In this document: positions 29,186-38,982 of the stretch, piece after piece | Position numbering within the stretch: position 1 is the stretch's first letter | Layout: the number at the start of each line of letters is the position of its first letter | Assembly: GCA_944392625.1 (NCBI GenBank) | Contig: CALXXG010000055.1 | Coordinates: 1 to 61,103, forward strand | Origin: an uncultured Rickettsiales bacterium | GTDB lineage: Bacteria; Pseudomonadota; Alphaproteobacteria; Rickettsiales; UBA1997 | DNA length: 61,103 bases | Direction: 5' to 3' | Position numbers and translations under genes: made by a program | The notes under the pieces: model-generated | Database searches by the model: none | What the model was told of the DNA's origin: nothing | The model's input: the letters and a program-made list of their open reading frames with translations, nothing else

Positions 29186-29214
29186 TTTAATGTTGGGTTA
29201 ATCCCAACATTAAA
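29186..29214. terminator. Hairpin between convergent lptB and rdgB
   Basis: TTTAATGTTGGG-TTAAT-CCCAACATTAAA. Confidence 0.65.
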
Positions 29215-29218
29215 TAAA

Positions 29219-29809
29219 CTAGTTTAAAGTTTTAAAAAAATCAAAAAATTTATTCAAAGCTCTTGTTCTGTGACTGATTTCAACTTTTACATCAGGCATT
29301 TCTGCAAATGTTTTATCATATCCATTAGGTATAAATACTGGATCAAAACCAAATCCTCCATTGCCTTTTGCTGGAAATGAAAAATGTCCTTCAATTTTTC
29401 CTTCAAAACTTTTAATAATTTCATGACCGCTATTATCACTATAAATAAAAGCAATACACGTTATAAAATAAGCAGATTTATCATTTTGATTTATACATTC
29501 ATTTATAATTTTAAACGCCTGTTCATTTCCTCCACAAGCTTTTATGAATCTAGCGGAACAGAGTCCTGGAAAATTGTTCATTGAATCAATACAAAATCCA
29601 GAGTCATCAGCTAAAGTTGGCAACCCGGTTTGTTCAAAAGCATATTTTGCTTTTATAATAGCATTTTCAAGAAAAGTTTTCCCATCCTCTATTGGTTCAC
29701 CAAGTTGAAGATCCTTTAAACTCTTTACATTAACATTAAATTGCTTTAGAAGATTTTTTATTTCATTAACCTTTCCTTCATTATTTGTAGCTAAAATTAT
29801 TTCCTTCAT
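29219..29809 (-). CDS. rdgB: dITP/XTP pyrophosphatase (HAM1/RdgB family)
   Basis: ILATNNEGKVNEI, ADDSGFCIDSMNNFPG, FGFDPVFIP, SHRTRAL. Confidence 0.9.
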   Translation of the reverse strand: MKEIILATNNEGKVNEIKNLLKQFNVNVKSLKDLQLGEPIEDGKTFLENAIIKAKYAFEQTGLPTLADDSGFCIDSMNNFPGLCSARFIKACGGNEQAFKIINECINQNDKSAYFITCIAFIYSDNSGHEIIKSFEGKIEGHFSFPAKGNGGFGFDPVFIPNGYDKTFAEMPDVKVEISHRTRALNKFFDFFKTLN

Positions 29810-29928
29810 AATATTTTTATTGTTTTTTATAAAAATATAAAAAATATTTAAAAAATATCAATATAAAAATTGACATTCAAAATATTTTTATAATAACTTA
29901 TTTAATAGAATTAAGTAAAAATTTTATT

Positions 29929-30387
29929 ATGAAAAAAATACTGATTGTAATAATAGCAATGTTTATAATATCTTGCAATTCAATTACACGAAATGGTTAT
30001 ATAAGGCCAAAAAAGCAAGAATCTCAAACAATGATAGTTAGTTCAAATGGATTTAAATATGACTATAGAGACAACCGAAAAGTAGATATAAAATATTACA
30101 TGACAATTAAATTTAAAAATATACATCAAGCTATTGGAAATTACATAATTATAGAATTTCAAGATCCTGAAAAATTAGATAGATTTTATTCTAAAACTTT
30201 ACCTATAACAAAAGATGATATGGTAATGTATATTGAGTCACAAAAGTTATATGGATTTAAAAACATGAGATCATATTTGACAAAAGTTAGATTAGTGAAT
30301 AATAATAATGGTGATAAAACATTAGATTCTTTTGAACAATATAATAGAATTGAATATATTCCATATGGTTATAAAAATGAAATGTAG
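29929..30387 (+). CDS. Hypothetical lipoprotein
   Basis: Signal peptide with a lipobox (FIISC). Confidence 0.5.
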   Translation: MKKILIVIIAMFIISCNSITRNGYIRPKKQESQTMIVSSNGFKYDYRDNRKVDIKYYMTIKFKNIHQAIGNYIIIEFQDPEKLDRFYSKTLPITKDDMVMYIESQKLYGFKNMRSYLTKVRLVNNNNGDKTLDSFEQYNRIEYIPYGYKNEM

Positions 30388-30392
30388 CAAAT

Positions 30393-30707
30393 TTATATAG
30401 TTATGCTTGATGAGTCATCATCAATAGCCAAAGATTGAGACATAAAAGATTTTCTTTTTATAATTGTTATATTATTGTTAATGCTATTTTTATGAATTGT
30501 ATGAATAATAGTAATATTTTCATCTGCGAATGTTTCATATTCTATTTTTTCTTTGCCTGCGTTTTTTAAAATATTGATTACACTTGTATAATTATTATTT
30601 GTAAATATTGGCGAAACAACCTCGTCAAAAGATTCGTCTGACATAAAGAGAAAAGAGGCACTATTGTTAAGTGAATTACTATTATTATTTTGAGCAATCT
30701 GTTTCAT
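30393..30707 (-). CDS. Hypothetical protein
   Basis: 104 aa ORF; no family recognised. Confidence 0.3.
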   Translation of the reverse strand: MKQIAQNNNSNSLNNSASFLFMSDESFDEVVSPIFTNNNYTSVINILKNAGKEKIEYETFADENITIIHTIHKNSINNNITIIKRKSFMSQSLAIDDDSSSITI

Positions 30708-30834
30708 TTTATAAAATTTAATAATTATTTGTTATTAATCATAACAATATTCATATAAAAATCAACAAAAAACTTGATTTCTTTTTTTATTTTAAGTAAA
30801 ATTTAGAGAATAAAGGATGCAATAAAGGTTTCTT

Positions 30835-32604
30835 ATGTTAAAAACCTTCAATAGTAATGATTTAGATAATAGACTATGTGAATTACGCAATAGCTGTTTT
30901 TATTTGAAAGAAGAAAGTGTTGAATTAATTTTTCTAAAATCTAACCTTCTTAAAAAGATTAATAAATATACACATGATAACCCAATATCACTATTTATAA
31001 AAAATTTATTTAATCTTTTTAAACAACAAGACCAATTAATTACTATAAAAGAAAAACTTTTAAAAGAACAAAATAGAAGTGACTTTAATATAAAATATTT
31101 GCGTAATCTTATTACTAGTATTAAATATAATTTACAAACTTCAGAGGATAAAAGTATAATAAATCAAGTTGAAAATACTTTATATAATGAGGTTTTAGTC
31201 CCAACGCAAAAAACTTACTTAAATGAAGTAAACAAAATTTATAATGATTTAAATAACGAAATTAACAATGAAATAAAAAAAATTGAATCCTATAATACTA
31301 TTGATAAAATAATTTCTTGTTTTTCTAAATTTTTAATAGACGCACCAGAAATAGAGTTAGATGAACAAAAACTTAATTTTATAAATATAATCTTAAATGA
31401 TAAATATCCAAAAACATTTGAAATTAAATTAAATAAAAAAATATCTTTAGTTCTATCATCAATAAAATTATTTCTTTCTGATTATACAAAACAAAATTAC
31501 ACAGAATTGCAAGAAAACCTTATAAATATTTTATCTGATTTCCTTCTAAGTATATCAAAACAATATTATGAAAATGTATCAGACTCAAAAACAAAAAAAC
31601 TTATAAAAACAAAAAACGTACTTTTAAGAGAAAATAATACGCTTAAAAACTTTATATACTGTTGTACTTTTTTAGGCGATTGTTGTGAATCTGAAATATT
31701 AAACTCAAACAAAGAATACATAGATTGGCAAAAAATACGAGAAAGTTTGAATAATAGTGAAACATGCAATAGTAGACAAAATATAAATATAACAAATATA
31801 AGCGATTATGAAATTGGCCAAAATAATTCAATGTCGGAACAAGAAATTATTTTTGCCAAATCTCTTATAAGATTTAATAAAAATTCGCAATATTTCAAAG
31901 AAATAACAAATGAAAAAATTTTATATATAGAATATTGCGATTTAACTACAATAAAAGAAAAATCATTTGCAGAATTATCTGGATACAAACAAATGATAGA
32001 TTTTTTTACTACAACAGAAGATGAAATTGAAATATTTTTCGAAATAGATGGCAATACACATTTTAAAGGAAAAGAAATTCCAGTTATTAAAACACAAAAC
32101 AATATAAATTGTGAAACAAAAATTAGAAACAGGATAAAAGAAATTTTAATAGCTAGACGATATGAGAACCGTTTATTAAAATCAGCAAATAATTTTATAA
32201 ATAATGCCGAAATAGCAAAAAGTATTGATAATGATGTAAAACTTGCCGTCATGAGTACTATCGGAACCAAAAAAATAAAAAATGGACATACATATAATGA
32301 TTTTACAACTATATTAATAAAAAATAACCCAAATTTAGCTCAAAAACAAAATCAAATAGAAACACTAATAAAAATTATAGGAAAAAACATCTATTCAGAA
32401 GAAAACCAAAGACAATTTAAAAATATTAAAAAAATGAATTTATTAATAGCAAAAAATGGATTAGTGGATCAAAATATATTTATTATAAATGCTTCACACG
32501 TAGACATATTAGATTTATCAAATACAATTGATAATGCAATTGAAAAAATTGTTAATAAACGCCTATTAAAAAGTTCCAAAAATAATTTTAAAATAGAAAA
32601 ATAA
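30835..32604 (+). CDS. Large hypothetical protein (N/K/I-rich, helical)
   Basis: 589 aa uninterrupted ORF in an AT-rich background, followed by a terminator hairpin. No family recognised. Confidence 0.5.
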   Translation: MLKTFNSNDLDNRLCELRNSCFYLKEESVELIFLKSNLLKKINKYTHDNPISLFIKNLFNLFKQQDQLITIKEKLLKEQNRSDFNIKYLRNLITSIKYNLQTSEDKSIINQVENTLYNEVLVPTQKTYLNEVNKIYNDLNNEINNEIKKIESYNTIDKIISCFSKFLIDAPEIELDEQKLNFINIILNDKYPKTFEIKLNKKISLVLSSIKLFLSDYTKQNYTELQENLINILSDFLLSISKQYYENVSDSKTKKLIKTKNVLLRENNTLKNFIYCCTFLGDCCESEILNSNKEYIDWQKIRESLNNSETCNSRQNINITNISDYEIGQNNSMSEQEIIFAKSLIRFNKNSQYFKEITNEKILYIEYCDLTTIKEKSFAELSGYKQMIDFFTTTEDEIEIFFEIDGNTHFKGKEIPVIKTQNNINCETKIRNRIKEILIARRYENRLLKSANNFINNAEIAKSIDNDVKLAVMSTIGTKKIKNGHTYNDFTTILIKNNPNLAQKQNQIETLIKIIGKNIYSEENQRQFKNIKKMNLLIAKNGLVDQNIFIINASHVDILDLSNTIDNAIEKIVNKRLLKSSKNNFKIEK

Positions 32605-32660
32605 TTATGTATTAGAAATTATTGAAATTAAATATCAAATATAGCTATAGTTCATACAAA

Positions 32661-32684
32661 AATTAGGAGTTTTAACTCCTAATT
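32661..32684. terminator. Hairpin between the convergent 30835-32604 gene and gap
   Basis: AATTAGGAGT-TTTA-ACTCCTAATT. Confidence 0.6.
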
Positions 32685-32696
32685 TTATAAATTGTT

Positions 32697-33710
32697 CTAT
32701 TTCCAAATAGTGCATAAATCTAACATTCTGTTAGAATATCCCCATTCGTTATCATACCATGAACCAACTCTTACAAAGTTTCCACCTAAAACTTTAGTTT
32801 GAGAAATATCAAAAATTGAGCTATGAGGATCCCCAGTTAAGTCAATAGAAACTATTGGATCAGAAACTACATCTAATACACCGTGTAATGATGGGTCTTT
32901 AACAGCATTTCTAACAACTTCGTTAACTTCATCAACAGTAGTTGATTTTTTAGCCATAAAGCTAAAATCAACAAATGATACATCTGGAGTTGGAACTCTG
33001 ATTGAAACGCCATCTAATTTTCCTTTTAGTTGAGGCAATACTAAACCAACAGCTTTAGCAGCACCAGTTGAAGTTGGAATCATAGATAAAGCGCCAGCTC
33101 TAGCTCTTCTCATATCTTTATGAACTTTATCAAGAATATTTTGATCATTTGTATATGAGTGAATTGTAGTCATATTTCCTTTCTCAATTCCAAAGGCTGC
33201 ATCTAAAACCTTAGCTAAAGGAGCTAAACAGTTAGTAGTGCAAGAAGCGTTTGAAATAATATCGTCTTGAGCAGTTAATTGGTCGTCATTAACACCTAAA
33301 ACTATAGTTTTAACTGTATCAGGAGTTTTTGTTGGGCCGGACATCATAACTTTTTTAGCGCCAGCTTCAATATGCGGCATAGCTTTGTCTCTTTCTAGAA
33401 ATAAACCAGTACATTCTAGAACTATATCAATACCAAGTTCTTTCCAAGGTAAATTATGTGCGTCTTTTTCTGAAACAACTTTAATTTTTTTGCCATCAAC
33501 AACAATTGAATCACCTTCTATTTTTGCATCATGATTAAATTTACCATGAACTGAATCATATTTTAATAAATAAAGATTAGTTTCTAATGGAGCTAAGTCA
33601 TTAATAGCTACGATTTCTAAGTCTTTATATTTAGCTTGATTTTCAAAGAATGCTCTAAAAACACATCTTCCTATTCTACCAAAACCATTTATAGCAATTT
33701 TTTTAGTCAT
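32697..33710 (-). CDS. gap: Glyceraldehyde-3-phosphate dehydrogenase
   Basis: INGFGRIGR, active site SNASCTTNCLAP, WYDNEWGYS. Confidence 0.97.
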   Translation of the reverse strand: MTKKIAINGFGRIGRCVFRAFFENQAKYKDLEIVAINDLAPLETNLYLLKYDSVHGKFNHDAKIEGDSIVVDGKKIKVVSEKDAHNLPWKELGIDIVLECTGLFLERDKAMPHIEAGAKKVMMSGPTKTPDTVKTIVLGVNDDQLTAQDDIISNASCTTNCLAPLAKVLDAAFGIEKGNMTTIHSYTNDQNILDKVHKDMRRARAGALSMIPTSTGAAKAVGLVLPQLKGKLDGVSIRVPTPDVSFVDFSFMAKKSTTVDEVNEVVRNAVKDPSLHGVLDVVSDPIVSIDLTGDPHSSIFDISQTKVLGGNFVRVGSWYDNEWGYSNRMLDLCTIWK

Positions 33711-33736
33711 ACTTTACCATAATAATTTATTAATAA

Positions 33737-34267
33737 TTATTGTTTATTATTTTTCATTCTAAGATCATAATAAACAAGTAATTTAGAAAATTCAGCTAAT
33801 GATATTTTAGCCGTCATTTTCTTAACCCCGCCAGCAACTTTTAAATCACGAACGGTAAATCTAATATACATTTCTTGTCCAGTTTTCAATTGGGATAACA
33901 TCAATTTTTGTTTTGCAGGAGAAAATGGAATTACACCATATTCGGGAACTTTATCTATTGTATCGGATATTATTAAATTATTATCATCAATTTTAACTTT
34001 AACGTTTGTATTTTCTAAAATTGATGGAATTATTACTACTACTTGGTTTGCAATTTTATTGTTTGGTTGCACATATACAGAAGAATTATCATCATAAAAT
34101 TGAGCAAAAATTTTGCAATCAACTTTTTGCATCATAACATCTTCTTCACATGCGACCGTCCAATCACCAAATTTTTTCTCTTCCTTGGAAATATTATCAA
34201 TTATTTCTGCAGCAAATGATGTATTAAATAATAAGCAACCGAAAATAATAATAAAAAATTTTTTCAT
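33737..34267 (-). CDS. Invasion-associated locus B (IalB)-like periplasmic protein
   Basis: Signal peptide, then the GDWTVAC...VDCKI pattern typical of the family. 176 aa. Confidence 0.6.
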   Translation of the reverse strand: MKKFFIIIFGCLLFNTSFAAEIIDNISKEEKKFGDWTVACEEDVMMQKVDCKIFAQFYDDNSSVYVQPNNKIANQVVVIIPSILENTNVKVKIDDNNLIISDTIDKVPEYGVIPFSPAKQKLMLSQLKTGQEMYIRFTVRDLKVAGGVKKMTAKISLAEFSKLLVYYDLRMKNNKQ

Positions 34268-34367
34268 AAATAAAAATTTTAAATCAACTCCTTCAACATC
34301 AATAACATAATATTTTAAAAAAGTCTAGTTTTTTATAAAATATTTTTATCAAAAACAATACATAAAA

Positions 34368-34393
34368 AGTGCTGAATAAACTTACTCAGCACT
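34368..34393 (-). terminator. Terminator hairpin after the arginine decarboxylase gene
   Basis: AGTGCTGA-N10-TCAGCACT with a T-run on the minus strand. Confidence 0.55.
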
Positions 34394-34416
34394 AAAAAAT
34401 AATATAAAATAAAATA

Positions 34417-35052
34417 TTATTTTTTCATATTTGGTTTTATAATTTTATTACTTGGCTTTACCAATTTCATATTCGGAGTTGCCGGATCTGCATACTCAAA
34501 ATTCAAAAAGCCTAAGCAAGTTAAACAGTAGGCAAAAGGTTGAGTTATATTTATATAATTATGGAAAATTTGAAATTCACTATGTTTTTGAACGCCCCTA
34601 ATTTCCAATTCATGGTTTAGAGATTTATTTAACCACATATTAGCATGTCCTTCTGCTATTTCATCATCAATTGGAGTATCAAAATATTCTACATATTCTG
34701 CAGCCCAACCGCCAATTAATTCACCTTTTGAATCCTTGCCCCAGCAAATACCAACACCAGTTGCTATTGCTTTATGATCTTCAATTCTTGCACCATTGCC
34801 AGCAATGATAACTTCAAGTACTGCACCGTGTTTAAATTGGTCAACAACAGAGTCAATGGGTACAATATTTCCGTACAATTCTTTTGGTAAAACTGAAGTA
34901 TATGGAATAACATTAAAGTCTTGTATTTTTGCTTCCATTAAAGCTGAGTCATAACAGAATGTTTCAAATGGTTGTGGTGGGATACCATCATTTGCTTGAC
35001 CTGCCCCGCCTGTATGAAATGCTAAAGTTGGATATCTAGTTCCTACTGTCAT
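34417..35052 (-). CDS. Pyruvoyl-dependent arginine decarboxylase (chlamydial AaxB-like)
   Basis: [16 protein letters not shown]... with YTSVLP placing Thr52-Ser53 at the self-cleavage position. AAGGAG Shine-Dalgarno before the ATG at 35052; the ORF track starts at an upstream ATG (35109). Confidence 0.8.
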   Translation of the reverse strand: MTVGTRYPTLAFHTGGAGQANDGIPPQPFETFCYDSALMEAKIQDFNVIPYTSVLPKELYGNIVPIDSVVDQFKHGAVLEVIIAGNGARIEDHKAIATGVGICWGKDSKGELIGGWAAEYVEYFDTPIDDEIAEGHANMWLNKSLNHELEIRGVQKHSEFQIFHNYINITQPFAYCLTCLGFLNFEYADPATPNMKLVKPSNKIIKPNMKK

Positions 35053-35177
35053 ATTTCTCCTTATTTTTATTATTAGGCTTAACACTTTAATTATTTTTGA
35101 AAAATCCAAAAAACATTAAAGTTATTACTACCTATAGTTGAGTTTTTTTATTAGTCAAGCTTTATTTTTAAAAAAAT

Positions 35178-35582
35178 TTAATTTTTTTCTATCAATATAT
35201 TGTAAATCAATTCTCCATTCCATATTCTATTATTATTTTGCAATGAAATATTAAAATTTATGTATTTAATTTCAAAAATACTATAATTTTCTATTGGAAA
35301 ATTAGCAATATTTGAAAATATTTTTTTAATTTCATCTGCAATATTTATAATAAAACTACTAGTTGTATTTTCATCATAAATATTAATAGACAAAACACAG
35401 GAATATAAATTTTTTGAGAAAGTTGAGATATCATTAAATTCCTTTATTGTTATAAAAATATATGGAAAATCTGAATTTTTTTCAATATAATTAAATATGC
35501 CAGTTAATTTTTGAAAATTCTGGCTGTTTTGAGACTTTAAACAATTATAAACCGCTTTTTGTATTTTATTTATTATTATCAT
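35178..35582 (-). CDS. Hypothetical protein, possibly DUF3168-type phage/GTA neck (tail-completion) protein
   Basis: 134 aa. The pattern AVYNCL...LTGIFNY...FPYIFI...SINIY...IADEI... resembles the DUF3168 layout (RcGTA g8-like). Recognised by pattern only. Confidence 0.4.
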   Translation of the reverse strand: MIIINKIQKAVYNCLKSQNSQNFQKLTGIFNYIEKNSDFPYIFITIKEFNDISTFSKNLYSCVLSINIYDENTTSSFIINIADEIKKIFSNIANFPIENYSIFEIKYINFNISLQNNNRIWNGELIYNILIEKN

Positions 35583-35791
35583 TTTTTATCCTTGTTTTTT
35601 TATTGAGATTAGATTTATAAAAACAAAGTGGCAGTACAAAAATCCTAAATTTATCCGTGTAATATTTTGTAATAAAAATATGTTTGTATAAAAATATTTT
35701 ACTATGTATTATAATAGATAAGAAGTTAAATAATTACTTTATGTTAAATTACGCGCATAAAAAAAATACAATTATAATAAATGATGTAATA

Positions 35792-36616
35792 ATGAATAAA
35801 AATATAGGTGATAACTGTAAAATTCACCCAACAGCTATAATAGAAGAAGGAGCAGTTATCGGTAACAACGTTAAAATTGGAGCATATTCTATTATTGGAG
35901 AAAATGTAAAAATTGGTGACAATTGTGAAATAAAACCTCATGTCGTTATAGAAGGATATACAACAATAGGTAAGGGAAATAAGATTTATCCATTTGCTGC
36001 TATAGGGGAAATCCCTCAAGATCTTAAATATCATGGAGAAAAATCAGAAATAATTATTGGAGATAATAATAGTATTAGAGAACATTGTACAATACATCCA
36101 GGGACTGAATGTGATAGTTTAGTTACAAGGATTGGAAATAATAATCTCTTAATGGTTAATACTCACATAGCGCATGACTGTGTTGTTGGAAATAACTGTG
36201 TATTTGCTAATAATGCAACGCTAGCTGGACACGTAGTTATAGGCAACAATGTTGTAATTGGCGGACTTTCAGCAGTTCACCAAAAAGTTAAAATCGGAAA
36301 TGGAGCTATGCTTGGTGGACTTTCAGGCCTAGCTGAAGATTTAATACCATATGGAATGGCTTACGCAGAAACTGGTAGGAGAAGCAGATTACAAGGACTA
36401 AATCTAGTTGGTCTTAAAAGGGCTGGTTTTGATAAAAAAGATATACACGAAGTATTGCATTTTTATAAGGATGTTTTTGAATCAAAAGAAGCTGGTTCTA
36501 TAATAGATAGAGCTAAAGATTTTAGAAATAAATATTCAAATAATAAATTAGTTAATGAAATTATTGATTTTTTAGGAACTGATACTGAAAGACAATTCTG
36601 CACCGCAAATATATAA
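35792..36616 (+). CDS. lpxA: Acyl-ACP--UDP-N-acetylglucosamine O-acyltransferase
   Basis: Left-handed beta-helix hexapeptide repeats ([20 protein letters not shown]...) and C-terminal helical domain [12 protein letters not shown]. The ATG at 35792 gives a typical length. Confidence 0.92.
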   Translation: MNKNIGDNCKIHPTAIIEEGAVIGNNVKIGAYSIIGENVKIGDNCEIKPHVVIEGYTTIGKGNKIYPFAAIGEIPQDLKYHGEKSEIIIGDNNSIREHCTIHPGTECDSLVTRIGNNNLLMVNTHIAHDCVVGNNCVFANNATLAGHVVIGNNVVIGGLSAVHQKVKIGNGAMLGGLSGLAEDLIPYGMAYAETGRRSRLQGLNLVGLKRAGFDKKDIHEVLHFYKDVFESKEAGSIIDRAKDFRNKYSNNKLVNEIIDFLGTDTERQFCTANI

Positions 36617-36756
36617 TAAATTTTATCCTATTAAAAAATAAAATTATAGAATTAACTTTAGTTTATTATTAGTATAAAAATCTTTAAACTTTTCTTGATA
36701 ATAAAAAAACAATATATTATTATTATATTTAACTAATGTTTATTTAAAAAAGTAGA

Positions 36757-37437
36757 ATGGCAAAAGCACCAAAATTAAAACTAAAAAGTTGGTATTCAAA
36801 TAAATATCAAATAGTTGTTTTTCAAAGAAATATACTATTTTTTATTTCATTTTTTGCTATATGTTCAGTATTAATAGCCGTTATTTTTGTTAAACAAATG
36901 ATGGCATCAAAATCTTTAATCCCATATGTTATTGAAGTTGAAGAAAAAACAGGAATACCAACCGTTGTTGAGCAATTAAATCAAACAAGTTTTACAGCTG
37001 ATGTTACATTAAAGAGATATTTTTTATACTCTTTTCTAAAAGCGGCTGAGGGATATAATCCTGGTAGTTTTAAAGATGATTATGAAAAATTAATGCTTTT
37101 TTCTACACCAGGTGTTTTTCGTCAAATTCAATCAAAAATAAATCCAAGAAATGAAAACAGTCCAGCAGCAAGAATAGGAAACAGAGGCATGATTAATGTA
37201 GCTTTGAAGTCAATCAGTTTTCCAACACCAAACACAGCTGTTATTAGATTTAGACTACAAAACGTTGGGAGTGTTTCTGGCTTTCAGAACAATAGAGATA
37301 TGATTGCAGATGTAGAATTTAGATTTGCCAATTTAAATTTATCGCTTGAAGAAAGATATATTAACCCTTTAGGGTTTCAAGTTACAAAATATGTTGTAGA
37401 TCAAGAAATAGTAAGAGGTAACGAGGAAAGAAGATAA
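36757..37437 (+). CDS. virB8: Type IV secretion system protein VirB8
   Basis: Single N-terminal TM helix. NTF2-like periplasmic domain ending in NPLGFQVTKY. Confidence 0.85.
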   Translation: MAKAPKLKLKSWYSNKYQIVVFQRNILFFISFFAICSVLIAVIFVKQMMASKSLIPYVIEVEEKTGIPTVVEQLNQTSFTADVTLKRYFLYSFLKAAEGYNPGSFKDDYEKLMLFSTPGVFRQIQSKINPRNENSPAARIGNRGMINVALKSISFPTPNTAVIRFRLQNVGSVSGFQNNRDMIADVEFRFANLNLSLEERYINPLGFQVTKYVVDQEIVRGNEERR

Positions 37438-38198
37438 TGATTAAAAAGATATTTATTTTATTTATTTCAATTTTTAGTTTAAATTGTTTCGCAGCTGAAA
37501 CAGTGCCATTAACTACAGATTCACGAATTAGGACTATAGTTTACAATCCAAATGAAGTATTTCAATTAAAATTTCATTATGGTTTTCAATCATTTATTGA
37601 ATTTGCACCAGATGAAGATATAGAAATTATATCTTTAGGCGAAGCATACCCGTGGAAAATTACGCCTATTGGAAAAAGGCTATTTATAAGACCTATTCAA
37701 ATAGATGTTACAACAAATATGACAATTATCACAACAAAAAGAACATATCAATTTGAAATAACAGGATTAGCATTTGATGAAAGAGCTAACGAAGATTTAA
37801 TTTATTCAATAAAATTCTTTTATCCTGACAAAGAAATTAAAAAGCCAACTATGCCAAATAGTCCAAATTCACAAGCTGATACAATAAGCGTAAAAGATGG
37901 CTTTGCCCTCACAAATATAGAAAGAGGCGACATAATCAACTTTAACTATACCATGGCAGGTGATGCAACAAATATAGTTCCAATTAAAGTTTTTGATGAT
38001 GGAAAAACAACATATTTTCAATTTCCTAGAAACAATTTAATAGTTCCAACTTTCTCGCTTGTAGATATATATGGAAATGAAACTAAATTAAACTATTATA
38101 TAGATGGGGACTATGTTGCAATAAGTACAGTCGGTGTTCAGTTTGCATTGAGAAATGGAAGAGAATTGCTGTGTGTATTTAACAATTCTATAATGTAA
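37437..38198 (+). CDS. virB9: Type IV secretion system protein VirB9 (full length, N- and C-terminal domains)
   Basis: Signal peptide, DSRIRTIVYNPNEVFQL...YPWKITPIGKRLFIRP, and C-terminal KVFDDGKTTYFQFP...LRNGRELLCVFN. Start overlaps the virB8 stop (TAATG). Confidence 0.85.
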   Translation: MIKKIFILFISIFSLNCFAAETVPLTTDSRIRTIVYNPNEVFQLKFHYGFQSFIEFAPDEDIEIISLGEAYPWKITPIGKRLFIRPIQIDVTTNMTIITTKRTYQFEITGLAFDERANEDLIYSIKFFYPDKEIKKPTMPNSPNSQADTISVKDGFALTNIERGDIINFNYTMAGDATNIVPIKVFDDGKTTYFQFPRNNLIVPTFSLVDIYGNETKLNYYIDGDYVAISTVGVQFALRNGRELLCVFNNSIM

Positions 38199-38200
38199 TA

Positions 38201-38977
38201 ATGATTAGTAAAACAAAAATTATTTCTGTAGTTAACCAAAAAGGTGGTGTTGGAAAAACAACGACAGTAATAAACATAGGAGCTGTTTTTGCTGTACTAA
38301 ATAAAAAAGTATTAATAATAGATTTTGATCCCCAAAGTAATGCTAGTAGTGGTTTAGACATTGGTACACAAGAAAGAGAAAACAGAAACATATATTCAGT
38401 TTTACTAGAAGAAAGTACAATTGAAAATTCTATTTTTAGAACAAAAATTCCAAATTTAGATATAATACCATGTACAGTTGACTTAGCTGGTGCTGAAATA
38501 GATTTGGCAACTTTAAATAATAGAGAATATAGATTAAAGAATGCTTTATTCCCTATAGTTGAAAATTATGATTTTATTTTTATAGATTGTCCGCCCTCAT
38601 TAAGTTTATTAACATTAAATGCGCTTGTTGCATCAACAACAATATTGATTCCATTACAATGTGAATTTTTTGCTCTTGAAGGATTGTCACATCTTCTAGA
38701 TACTGCAGAAAGAATAAAAGAAAATTTCAATAATCAATTAAATATAAATGGCATTGTATTAACAATGTATGACAGAAGGAATAAACTCACAGAACAGGTT
38801 GAAAAGGATGTTAGAAATTGCCTTGGAGAGATGGTTTATAAAACAATAATTCCACGAAATGTAAAGCTTTCAGAATCATCTTCCCATGGAATTCCAGCAA
38901 TCGTATATGATTCAAACTGTTCTGGTTCTATAGCATATATGAATTTAGCAAAAGAAATAATAAATAGAATAGCATAA
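38201..38977 (+). CDS. parA: ParA/Soj-family ATPase (no adjacent parB)
   Basis: Deviant Walker A NQKGGVGKTTT, IIDFDPQSNAS, IPRNVKLSESSSHGIPA. Begins 2 nt after the virB9 stop. Confidence 0.9.
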   Translation: MISKTKIISVVNQKGGVGKTTTVINIGAVFAVLNKKVLIIDFDPQSNASSGLDIGTQERENRNIYSVLLEESTIENSIFRTKIPNLDIIPCTVDLAGAEIDLATLNNREYRLKNALFPIVENYDFIFIDCPPSLSLLTLNALVASTTILIPLQCEFFALEGLSHLLDTAERIKENFNNQLNINGIVLTMYDRRNKLTEQVEKDVRNCLGEMVYKTIIPRNVKLSESSSHGIPAIVYDSNCSGSIAYMNLAKEIINRIA

Positions 38978-38982
38978 AAAGA

